Shown piece by piece: positions 49,056-60,765 of a stretch of DNA of 64,000 bases (positions are counted from its first letter, which is position 1; every line of letters begins with the position of its first letter). This stretch comes from Felis catus (taxonomy: Eukaryota). Location of the stretch: contig NC_058368.1 of the NCBI RefSeq assembly GCF_018350175.1, forward strand, positions 15,006,001-15,070,000, written 5' to 3'. The notes beneath the pieces are model-generated. The model was not told the DNA's origin. It saw only the letters and a list, made by a program, of their open reading frames with translations, and made no database searches. The translations under genes were made by a program, and so were the position numbers.

Positions 49056-50478
49056 ACTGGATAGCCACATGCAAAAGAATGAAACTGGAGGCCTAATTTA
49101 CACCATTCACAAAAATTAGCTCAAAATAGATTAAACACTTAAACATAAAATCTGAAACCATAAAACTCCTAGAAGAAAACAGGGAGTAAGCTCCTTGACA
49201 TTGGTCTTGGCAATGATTTTTTGTATTTGACACGAAAAGCAAAGGTAACAAAAACAAAAATAAACATGTGGGACTATATCAAACCAAAAACCTCTGCACA
49301 GCAAAGAAAATCATCAACCAAATGAAGGAAACCTATGAGAAGGGAGAAAATATTTGCAAGTCACATACCTGATAAGAGATTAATATCCCAAATATATAAA
49401 GAACTCATACAACTCAACAGCAAAGAAACGAACTGATTTAAATATGGGCAGAGGATCTAAATAGGCGTTTTTCCAAGAAAGACACACAAATGGCCAATGA
49501 GTACATGAAAAGATGCTCAATATGACTAATCATCAGGGAAATGTAATTCAGAAGCACAAGGAGAGATTACCTCATACCCATTAGAATGGCTAGTATCAAA
49601 AAGACAAGAAATAACAAGTGTTGGCGATGATCTGTACTCGTGCACTGTTGGTGGGAATGTATATTGGTGCAGCCACTAAAAACAGTACAGAAGTTCCTCA
49701 AAAAAATTAAAATAGTATTACCATATGGTCCAGCAATCCCATCTCTGGGTATTTATCCAAAGAAAATGAAAATACTAACTCAAAAAGATGGAAGCACCCC
49801 TATATTTATTGCAGCATTATTGACAGGAGCCAAGAACAACCTAAGTATCCATTGATGGATAAATAAAAAAAATGTGATAGATAAGAGATATATAGACACA
49901 CACACACAGGCAAGCACACACGCACACATACACTGGAATATTATTCAACCGTGAAAAAGAATGAAATCCTAAAAAAAAAAATGAAATCTTGCCATTTGTA
50001 ACAATATAGATCGACCTTGAGGGCATTATGTTTTGTGAAATAAGTCAGAGAATGACAAATACTGTACGATCCCACTTATACACAGAATCTCAAAAAACAA
50101 ACATAAAAATTGAGCTCATAGATACAGAGGACAGACAGGTGGTTTCCAGATATGATGGCTGAGGAGTGGATGAAATGAGTAAAGGTAGTCAAAAGGCATA
50201 AAATTTTCAGTTATAAAATAAATAAGTCATGGGGATACATGTACAACATAGTGACTATAATTAATACTACCATATTACATATTTGAAAGTTGCTAAGCAA
50301 CCAGATCTTAAAAGTTCACAAGAAAAAATATTGTAATTTTGTTGACAGATGTTAAGCAGACTTATTGTGATGATCATTTCACAATGTGTACAAATAACAA
50401 ATCATTATAACATTATAACATATCATCACCTGATATAATGTCTTATGTCAATTACACCTCATTTAAAAAAAAAAAAAA
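49056..50478 (+). mobile_element. 5'-truncated L1 (ORF2 C-terminus, 3' UTR, poly-A)
   Basis: HCWWEC zinc-knuckle region at 49640; poly-A. Degenerate TSD aaggtaagctttct / aagatgagctttct. Confidence 0.94.
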
Positions 50479-52474
50479 GATGAGCTTTCTGGTAACAATG
50501 GTCAATTTGAGCCCAATTTCTGGAACAACACCATGTAAGTGCTTGTGGCCATCTTGTGTACTTCAGGCAGACAATACCAAAAGGACTCATGGTGTAATCT
50601 TCTAGCTACACTCCTTCCCCTGGTTATGGCAATGAATGCATAGAAGCACAGGGGTGCACAAGACACCCACATAACCCAAGCATACAAGCGCACAGGGCAT
50701 CAGGCAGAGCTCACCTCTCACAGCTTCATCCAAGGAACCCCCTGAGGCAGGAACAGAGTACACATTCACACACTTATTAGCCAGGAATCTGATCCCTCTC
50801 ACAGGTGAATAGGTGCTTGTCAATACACCATTTTCCCTTAAAAGGATAGAAAAAAAAAAAAAAAAAACACCTTATAGAATTCCCAAGGAAGACAACATGA
50901 ACATTGCTGAGTTCAATTCCTCCCTCTATCATTCAAGTTCTAACTTGACAGAGACAAATTATACATTATTTAGGCATATGAACAAATTGGTGAACAGGAC
51001 TCATGATGATAGTTTCGGATGTAGAGGAATGATTTGCTTTATAGTTTTTCTTTGTTTATACATTCTAATAAATTTAAATACAGAAGCATTCATTTGGCAT
51101 GTCACATTTTGGACCAGCAAATTTTTTTTAAAACTCCCAACTGAAATAGGGCTGGACTGCTCCAGGGTCCATGATCTCCTGCTGGGGAATGGTAGAATGC
51201 ATCCTGCCTCTGTTGGTCTGCCAGTCATGACCGTCACTACTGATAAAGCCTTATTTTATGATCTTCAGAATTAACAAAACAAGAAATAAGAGTGAGTCAA
51301 ATGATGAGAAGGTCATGGGCCTGAGAATATTACATATTTTATCACTGTGACTAAATGATACAGATTGGCAATGGGAGAAGTTCATGGATTCTTCATAAAT
51401 ACCTGAGTTTTCATTATGGGTGGGTTCACTGCCTGTCACAATACTTCTAGCGTTAGCACTGGAGGAAAATACGAAGCCAACTGCCAATTTACAAGAGCCC
51501 TCATCATACCTTTGTGCCATGATTGGGCCTGGGAGGGATGGCTGGATGGACACTTGTTTCTTACAAAACCTCATATTGTTCTGAAGTACTTCCGTGATCT
51601 GAGAGAGAGACATTTATTTAGATATTTTTTCATGTATACAAATACACATACATTTCCAATTATAAAAAACAAAACTGGAGCTTTAAAGCACGGTCTATGA
51701 GGATAAAATTCAAGGGCTTAGAATCAAATACCTGGCCCATAATGGCTGGAGGGATTTTCTCCCGGACGTACTTCACATAATCAACTGTTGCCTCAAGAAT
51801 CGAAGCCGCATCATTCTTTCTCCCCTTTATGTATGGCAACAGAGTACGCAGCTGCTCACAGCAATACTTGATTCGTTCTCTGAGCAGAGAATTGTAATAA
51901 ATGAGGAATAATTAGTTTCATTTTCTTCCTTGTACAACAAGGACAAACAGTCCTTCCTTCTGGGTCTGTTAACAGAGGAACTGCCTCCCTCCCTATCTAG
52001 TCTCTGTTTCACAGAAAGGCCATGTCCCCGTAAGCCAGCAGCCGCCATAGCCCCTGGAACCACAACTTCCTGGGGCGTCTGTTCACGCTGCTGCCCAGTA
52101 CAATGTTCGTGCTGACCGCAACCCCAGTTCACTCGCCCCGGGCCTGCTGCAGTGTGCAGGATGACCCTGCCTACGGAAACCCCCTCAGAGGAGGGAGTGG
52201 AATGCTACACATAAGTCCTTTTGTACTTCACACTAGAAGACTAGCAGACAAAAAACAGTCAGGAGATGTTTCATGTCACTGTGACCTGAACCACATTGTT
52301 AACAACGGATCAATTAGCATCTTGTAATTACATGGGCTTTACATGTAACTCTGTGTTCTGAGCCAAAGGAAAATCAGAAGGCTGCTTTCTTCAAATAAAG
52401 TAGGTATGAACAGAACAAATAAACCAATATGCAAATGAGACCATCATTCAGGCTAGTATCAGAAAGAAACTCAC

Positions 52475-52491
52475 CTAAGTCTTTCATGGTT
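52475..52491 (-). other. Candidate 17-nt microexon of an unidentified gene
   Basis: Minus strand reads atttcctatgcatttcccttcag|AACCATGAAAGACTTAG|gtgagt: strong pyrimidine tract and perfect donor, in unique sequence. Confidence 0.4.
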
Positions 52492-54794
52492 CTGAAGGGA
52501 AATGCATAGGAAATATAAATCCAAGCTTTTGATCTAAGCCTTTGGTACTTCTATTTATGCATATATTCATTTAATAAACATTATTAAGCACCTGTTTTAT
52601 GCTGAATAGCAAGCACCTTGACATATATAGGGTCAAACGCTGGCTCTGACAATTACCAGACCTTTGGCAAATCACCAACCCTTTCTGAACCTCAAATTGA
52701 TATATAGCCTGTGAATAACTCAAATATTCTAGATCAGCAGCATTTTAATTGGACTTTGATCAGTACTGACAGTTCTCTAGAGGTGTCTCAGGGACTATTC
52801 TAGAAAAAAAGGATAAAAAAAAATCAACAATTTGACCATGTACACAAAGGCTTGAAGTTTTTCAGAACAAACTTTTTGCAAGATGATATGCATTATAGCA
52901 GTATATCAGTAAGCTATTAAAAAAAACAATCTAAACACAACAATAGGTGGACACTTAAGTAAGCTATAGCTTACTAACTCAGTAGAATATTATCTGGCAG
53001 TAGAAATGAAATGCTATAAATCTTATGGGAAAAAATAGGATATTTTAGAAGATACAACTATAAAATATAAAGCAGTATATAAAATATGATCAAAGACATT
53101 AAACAAAGTAAAAATAAAGCACAGGAAAAGATTTGAAAGTGAAACCATCAAGTCATAGTTATTTCTGGATGGTTGGGCTATGGAAAATATTATTTCTTCC
53201 TTTTATTTTTTACATTTCCCAAATATTTTTGCCGGGTACAAGCTACTTTTACACTAACAAATCCTATAAGATATTCTTTCCAACATTCGTTAGGAAAATG
53301 TTCAAACACAGAAAGACTGAAAGAACTTAGAATCTGAATTCTTACAAGTTGAAAAATTAAGAATTTGTACAAAGAACATATATATACTTCACCCACCTAG
53401 AATCTACAATGAATGTTTACTGTTTTCACTTTGTCACATATGAATCATCGCACTGGCCATACCTTAATCTATTTTATTATACTGAAGAATTTCAAAATAA
53501 GTTGTAAACTTAAGACACTAAACTCTTAAACATATCATTAGCTAGAGTTCAATTATTTTATTTTCAAATAAAAGTTACATAAAATTAAAAAATACACATA
53601 CCTTAAGTGTACCATTCTATGAGTTTTGAAAATCGCACAAAAGTATGTAACAAAAACCCTAATTATCATGATCACAACCCCAAAAAGTTCCTTATCTCAT
53701 CCCTCAAAAGGGCCAACAACATTTCTGATATTTTTCCATCCCACATTAGTTTTGCCTGTCTTCGAACTTCATATAAATCAAAATCTACAGCATGCGCCAT
53801 TTTATGTAAAATTTCTTTCACTCAGCATGTTTTTGAGATTTGTCCATGTGGCTGTTTATTATCAGTAGTTTGTTTCTCTTTATTGAGTAGTAGTATTCCA
53901 TAGGTTAAGTATGCCATAGCTTATTTATCCATTCTTTTACTGACGAACACTTTGGCTGTTTCCAGTTTTCGATCATTATGAATAAGCCTGCTAGAACACT
54001 CTGTACATCTTTCTGTGAATGCATGTTTTTATTTCTCTGGGAACACATCTAAGAATAGAATTAATGGGTTAATTTTTTAAATTTATAAGAAACTGGAAGA
54101 ACTTTTCCCAAAATAGTACCATTGTACACTCGCACTGTCAATGTATGAGAGTTCCTATTGTTCCAAATCCTTGACAACATTTAATACTGTCAGTAGTTTT
54201 AATTTTAGTATGTTGGCCTTTCTGAGCAATTTAGCATATTGTCAGTTTTCATTTTAGCATTTTTGGTACATGGTAGTACCTCATGCTTTACTTGCATTTC
54301 CGTGACAAAAATAAATTACGTTGAGCACTTTTTCTGGTGTTTATTGGGCACTTGCATATCTTCCTTTGTGAAGTGTCTGTTCGAATATTTTATTTCCATT
54401 TTAATTGGATTGCAGGGCTTTTTGGTATTGTGCTGTAGGAGTTCTTTATCTTCTGTAATACCATATTTTTTTCTAGCATATTTGCTTTGCAAATATTTTC
54501 TCCCAGTCTACGGTTTGCCTATTTATTTTCTTAGTGGTGTGTTTTGATAGCTACTTTTAAATTTTGATGAGTCTAATTTATCTACTCTTTTATGGTTATT
54601 ACTTTATGTCCTAAGGAACAACTGCCCAACCTCAGCTTGTGAAGACATTCTCCTATGCTTTCTTCTAGAACAGCAAGAGTTTAATGTCTTAAGTTTACAA
54701 CTTACTTTGAAATTCTTCAGTATAATAAAATAGATTGATATATGGCCAGTGGGAGGAATCATATGTGACAAAGTGAAAACAGTTCTTCTAGAAC

Positions 54795-55020
54795 TGTACT
54801 GTCCAATCCAATAGCCAGTAGACTGGTCTATAATGATTTACATAGCCATTAGTCTATATAAACTAGCTAAAATTAAATAAAATTCAAATTCATTACCTGT
54901 TACAATAGACATATTTCAAATACTCAACAACTACATATGACTAGCAGCTCCTTTACTGGACAATGGATGCAGATAGAGAGTATTCCTAACATTGCAGAAA
55001 GTTCTACTAAACAGTACTAT
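54795..55020 (-). mobile_element. MER3-like hAT-Charlie MITE
   Basis: ctgtccaat...tagcca start, attgcagaaagttcta end, ttctag-type target. Confidence 0.75.
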
Positions 55021-55440
55021 TCTAAGTTTTAGCTTTATACTATAGTTCTGTCTATGCTCCAACTTGAATTAATTTTTATACAATATAGTAAGAGATCAAG
55101 GTTCATTGTTTTTCCATTTGGATATCCAGCTGTTCCAACATCATTTATAAAAAAGACTTTTGTTTCCCAGTAACTTTGCTCTGGTGATTCACTGAAAATC
55201 AAATGAACACAAATGTGTTGGTCTAGTGCTGGGATATTATGTTCCATTGATCTATTGGTCAACCTTTATGATAGTAACACACTGATTAACATACTGTTTA
55301 CTAAGTCTTGAATCAGATAGTTTAAGTCTTCCAATTTTGTTGTACTTTTTCAAGACTGCTTTATTCTAAGTCCTTTTATGTTATAGGTCTTTTTCATTTT
55401 TAAATCTGATTATCAATTTCTTTTTTTAATTTAAAACAAT

Positions 55441-55686
55441 TTTTTTAATTTTTAAAAAAATTTTTAAATTAAAAAAAAAATTTTAATGTTTATTTATTTT
55501 TGAGAGAGACAGAGACAGAATGCGAGTGGGTTAGGGGCAGAGAAAGAGGGAGACACAGAATCCCAAGAAGGTCCAGGCTCTGAGCTGTCAGCACAGAGCC
55601 TGACATGGGGCTTGAACTCACAAGCCATGAGATCATGACCTGAGCCGAAGTCGGGCGCTCAACCGACTGAGCCACCCAGGCGCCCC
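55441..55686 (-). mobile_element. Felid SINE nested in the tail of the next SINE
   Basis: TSD taaaacaa(t/c)ttttt at about 55432 and 55687. Confidence 0.94.
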
Positions 55687-55695
55687 TAAAACAAC

Positions 55696-55714
55696 TTTTT
55701 TAATGTTTATTTCT

Positions 55715-55749
<35 letters not shown>

Positions 55750-55912
55750 CATGAGTGGAAGAGTGGAGAGAGAGGAGACACAGAATCTGAGGCAGGCTCC
55801 AGGCTGTGAGCTGTCAGCACAGAGCCCGACACAGGGCTTGAACTACTAAATTGTGAGATCATGACCTCAGCTGAAGTCGGACGCTTAACTGACTGAGCCA
55901 CCCAGGTGCCCC
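55696..55912 (-). mobile_element. Felid SINE (host of the nested pair)
   Basis: TSD gattatcaatttct at 55408-55421 and 55914-55927. Confidence 0.95.
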
Positions 55913-57119
55913 AGATTATCAATTTCTGTAAAAAAAAAAAAAAAAAAAAGCCTACTGGAATTATGATTTATATTCAAATAAAGTTATATTTCAATTTGGT
56001 GAGAACACATTAACAGTACTGATTCTTTCAAGCTGTAATTATAGTATAATGCATGATTTAAGTTTCCTTGGTTTATCACAGCAATAGTTTGAGTGATCAA
56101 TGTACAGATACTATATGTCTTTTGGATATTTTTTCCTAAGTACTGCCATAAATGTAATTATTTTTCATTTTTATTTTCTAATAGTTTACTGCTTATATGT
56201 AATAACACAATTAATTTCTGTATATTAACTTTACATCTTGCAACCTTGCTATATTAATCTTTTGGTTTTAGAGGTTGTATTGTACATGTCTTAGGACTTT
56301 ACACATAAACAATCATGCTGTCTATAAATAAGAAAGTTTTGCTTTTTCCTTTCTAATCTGTATTTTTGAATTTCTTTCTCTTACCTAATTGCAATGGTTA
56401 GAACAGTTTGATCAATGCTGAATACAGTTAGCACAAATGGGCACCTTTCCTTTGTTCCAGATCTAAGAGACATGGTCAGATTTTCATCATTAAGTACAAA
56501 GCTAGCCATAGGTTTTCATTGATGCCCTTTAACAGACTGTGGAGGTTCTCTTCCATGTCTGATTTGCTGAAAGGTTGGTTTTGGTTTTTTTTTTTAATCT
56601 GAAAAGAGTATTGAATATCATCAAATCATTTTTCAGAATCTGTTACTCACATGGTTTTTCTCCTTTGTTTACTCTGAATTCCACTGATTGATGTTTTGAA
56701 TATTACACAAGTCTTGCTTTTCTAGAATATACTTGGTGTGGTCATGATGTATTACATCTTCATATATTGCTTGATTTGATTGGCTAAAATTATGTTAAGT
56801 GTTTTATGTCCCTGTTCATGAGGAATATTGGTCTGTAATTGTTTTTTTATGCCTTTATTAGGTTAGGGTTATGCTGGCCTCGTGAAATGGGTTAGGAATT
56901 ATTCCCCCTCTTCCATTTTCTGTAAAAATTTAAGATTGGTATTACTTCATTAAATGTTTGACAGAATTCATCAGTAAAACCATCTGAGATTAATGTTTTC
57001 TCTTTGTTAAGGTTTTTAATAACAAGTTCAATTTCTTTACTATATAGGGCTACTCAGATTTTCTGCTTCCTCTGGTATCAGTGTTGGTAAATTGCGTTCT
57101 TCAAAAATTTGTCCATTTT

Positions 57120-57330
57120 GGGAGCGCCTGGGTGGTTCAGTAGGTTAAGCATCCGACTTCAGCTCAGGTCACGATCTCACGGTTTGTGGGTTCAAGCCCT
57201 GCATCAGGCTCTGTGCTGAAAGCTCAGCACCTGGAGCCTGCTTTGGATTCCGTGTCTCCCTCTCTCTCTCTGCCCCTGCCCCACTCACGCTCTGTCTCTG
57301 TCTCTCAAAAATGAACAAAATTTTTTTTTT
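57120..57330 (+). mobile_element. Felid SINE
   Basis: Perfect TSD aatttgtccattttg (57106-57120 / 57331-57345). Confidence 0.96.
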
Positions 57331-58129
57331 AATTTGTCCATTTTGTCTAAGTTTCTGAGCTTACTGGCATAAAAATCTTCAAAATATATTATTCCTATAT
57401 TTAAATGTTTATAGGATATGTAGTGATAATTCATTTCATTTAACATATTGGTAAAATGCTTTCAATATCTCTCCTCACTTGCCTGCTTCCCCTACTTTCT
57501 ATTTAATTTAGATTTAATTCACTCTTTTTCTAGCTCCTTAAAATGGACTCTTAGGTCACTAATTTTCAGACCTTTTGCCTTTTCTAATATAAGCACTTAT
57601 AGTGTTTTCCATAAGATTTGCTTTAGCTGCATCTTGTCAATTTTGAAATACTCTCACAATCATTCAATTTGCAATACTTTCTAGTTTTTCTTGTGATATT
57701 TTTCTTTTACCCATGGATTATTTAGAAGTATGTTTTTCAATTATTTGAGGTTTTCCTTTATATCTAATTCTTATTGATTTTTAATTTGACTTCATTGTGG
57801 TCAGGGAACATACTCCTTATGAATTCAACTCTTTTAAATTCAACTCTTTCAAAACATATTATATCCTTCAGCATATGATTTATCTAAGTCATTGTACCAT
57901 GTGCCTTTGAAAAGAATGGGTATTCTTCAGTAGTTGCTGCATACAATGTTCTATAAATATCTATTAGATCAAGATGGTTAATAGTGTTTATCCATTCTGA
58001 CAATCTGTGCTATAGTTGGATATAGGTGGATAAAGGCCTATCATTTTATGATTTTTTTTGCCTGTAGTTTCTTTGGCTTTTTTTTGTTCTTCTCTTCTTC
58101 CTTTCTTGACTTCTTTTTAAATAATTTTT

Positions 58130-58365
58130 TTTTTATTATTTTTTTTTTAATTTTTTTTTCAACGTTTTTTATTTATTTTTGGGACAGAGAGAGACAGAGC
58201 ATGAACGGGCAAGGGGCAGAGAGAGAGGGAGACACAGAATCGGAAACAGGCTCCAGGCTCTGAGCCATCAGCCCAGAGCCCGACGCAGGGCTCGAACTCA
58301 CGGACCGCGAGATCGTGACCTGGCTGAAGTCGGACACTTAACCGACTGTGCCACCCAGGCGCCCC
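58130..58365 (-). mobile_element. Young SINEC_Fc-type SINE
   Basis: CpG-rich. TSD ttaaataattttt (58117-58129 / 58366-58378). Confidence 0.97.
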
Positions 58366-58595
58366 TTAAATAATTTTTAAAATCCAATTTTAATGTATTG
58401 GCTTCATAGCTATGCCTTCTGCATATCTCTTTAGGATTCCTCTAGGGATTACAATATATATCTAACTTTTCATAGTCTATTTAGAGTTAAAATTTTGTGA
58501 CATCACATAAAATATACAAATGCTGCCATCACATAAGTACCTTTGCCCCTTTCATCCTTCATGCTATAGCTGTCATATGTACACATCTACATATA

Positions 58596-58928
58596 CAGTT
58601 GACCCCCAAACAACATGGGTTTGAACTGCACTCATCCACTTATACAGATTTTCTTCAGTAAATACAGTATAGCACTATAAATGTATTTTCTCTTCCTTAT
58701 GATTTTATTAGTAACATTTTCTTTTCTCTATCTTACTTTATTATAAGAATACAGTATATAATATACATAACATATAAACTATTTGTTAATCAACTGTTTA
58801 TGTTATTGGTAAGGCTTCCAGGCACCAGTAGGCTATTAGTAGTTAAGTTTTGGGGGAGTCAAAAGCTATGCACAAATTTTTGACTGCATGGGCATCAGCA
58901 CCCCTATCACTTATGTTAAGAGTCAACG
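58596..58928 (+). mobile_element. Tigger2a/MER28-like DNA-transposon fossil
   Basis: TA followed by cagttgacccc.aaacaacatgggtttgaactgc 5' TIR; gttaagagtcaac 3' TIR remnant. Confidence 0.85.
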
Positions 58929-59619
58929 TTGTTACAAACCCCACAATACAACACTATAAATTTTCACTTATAACACACTGAAGCATTTTATATAAATAAG
59001 GAGGAAAAATGTTTGTTTTCTAATATTTTCTCATGTATTGATCACTTCTGATTCTTTTCAGCCCTTCCTAAAGATCCAAGTATCCATTTGTTACAATTTC
59101 TGGTTAGCTGAAAGAATTTCCTTTAGCCTTCTTACCCTGCAGGTCTGCAGCTGTCAAAATCTCTGGTTGTCTTTTATGTTGAAATACCTTAATCCATTAT
59201 TTACTGTTAAAAAATAATACCTGATGGAAATACGATTTATACAAAGAAGTGAAGGGTATCAGATATAATAAGTATGGTGGCATACATAAAAGACTAATTT
59301 GTATCTAATTTATTAACATCTTAAAAACTAATTAGTAGGCCTCTGACAGATCTGGAGTAGTTATGTCTGCTGCTGGGGTTTCTACTACAGATGCAATAAC
59401 AAAGTGTTCTCACACTTTCTACCTGTCTGATTGTGGCAGCCATGACTAAATGGGAGAATACAAGGGAAAAACATGGTAATACAGAAAAAAACATGGAGAA
59501 AGAATTTATGTAACTGAGAAATAACCTTGTAAACAGTAAAGAGCCTATTTTACTAAAAAAACAAACCAAAACCAAAAAAGAAAAACCCAAAAATCTAAAA
59601 TTTGAGCTAGAAGAAAAAA

Positions 59620-60143
59620 TATTTATAGGTGAAAATGACTGAAAATTATTTACCACTTCTTCAATAAAGATGTAGGGTGTATTTCCCTCCCCTTGAATCT
59701 CTCCTGGCCTGTGCCTAAGGTAATCAAAAGATATCCAGAGAAGTGACTACAACAGTTCCAGGACTAACATCTGAGAAGACAAAGCTTCAATGTTGGTCTC
59801 ATTAAACCCTGAGCCATCAGGCAAGAGGTCTGTCTTAGCTTGCTGGAGAGACCACGTGGAGAGGTACTGGGACCATAGGGAAAGATAGCAACCCATTTGA
59901 GGACGTTTCAACCACACCCCACCAAGTGGATATCCATGTGGATGAAGCTGTGCTGGGCTCTCCAGACAGGATACTTGAGCTGAACACCACAGGGTAACCA
60001 CAGTAAACACCATGTGAGGAGAATTTACAAAATCAAGTTCTACTCAAATTGATGATCCATAAAGTTGTGAGATATGAGAAATAGGCTGTTGTTTTAAACC
60101 ACCAAGTTTTAGGGTAACTTGTTACACCACAAAAGAACTAGAA
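59620..60143 (+). mobile_element. MLT1-family solo LTR
   Basis: ccctccccttgaatct, gctggagagaccacgtggagag; 3' gttgttttaaaccaccaagttttaggg. Confidence 0.82.
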
Positions 60144-60577
60144 GAATAGCTTACAATTTAAAGCAAAAATAATAACAATGTGAGGTTGATAATCTATGTA
60201 AAAGTAAAATATATGACAATAACAAAAATAGAAGGTAGGTAGAAATATACTGATGTATATCAAGTGTCATAATGTCAAATCAAGGTAGACTACGGTAAGT
60301 TAAGGATGCGTATTATAACCCTAGAGAACCACTAAAAAAAGATAGTTTTAGCTCAAAAGCTAATAGAGGGAATAAAAAGGAATGCCAAAACATACTTAAT
60401 TAATCCAAACTAAGGCAGACAATGAGGGAAAAAAAGGAAAAGAATATAGAACTAGTGAAAACAAACAGAAAAATCATGGACCTAAAATCAAACTTAACAG
60501 TAATTATATTATAAGTAAATCAAATAAACATTCCAATGGAATAATTGTTAGAATGGACAAATTAAAAAGGAAAATAA

Positions 60578-60765
60578 GGAGTGCCTGGGTGGCTCAATGG
60601 GTTAAGTGTTTGACTCTTGATTTCGGCTCAGGTCATGATCTCGTGGTTCATGGGATCCAGCCCCACGTCGGGCTTTTTGCTAACAGCTCTCCTTCTCTCT
60701 CTGTCCCTCCCCTGCTCATGTTCTCTCTCCTCCTCAAAATAAATAAACATTTTTAAAAAAAAGGA
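60578..60765 (+). mobile_element. Can-SINE
   Basis: TSD aaaaaggaaaataagg. Confidence 0.94.

Larger units (their letters stand above)
53270..59215 (-). mobile_element. Long ancient L1M (3' UTR back to ORF1 end), interrupted by MER3, four SINEs and a Tigger2-type element
   Basis: Continuous T-rich antisense L1 motifs (ttttgtgaagtgtctgttc, gatatccagctgttccaaca, gttcatgaggaatattggtctgta). Confidence 0.85.

Noticed and set aside
50813..51274. 153-aa plus-strand ORF
   Set aside because: It runs through a poly-A tract, has a non-ATG start and random-looking composition, and lacks splice or homology support.
51827..52132. 101-aa minus-strand ORF as a coding last exon
   Set aside because: No recognisable domain, a non-ATG start, and a poor pyrimidine tract at the acceptor needed near 52171. 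It is kept only as part of the terminal-exon hypothesis.
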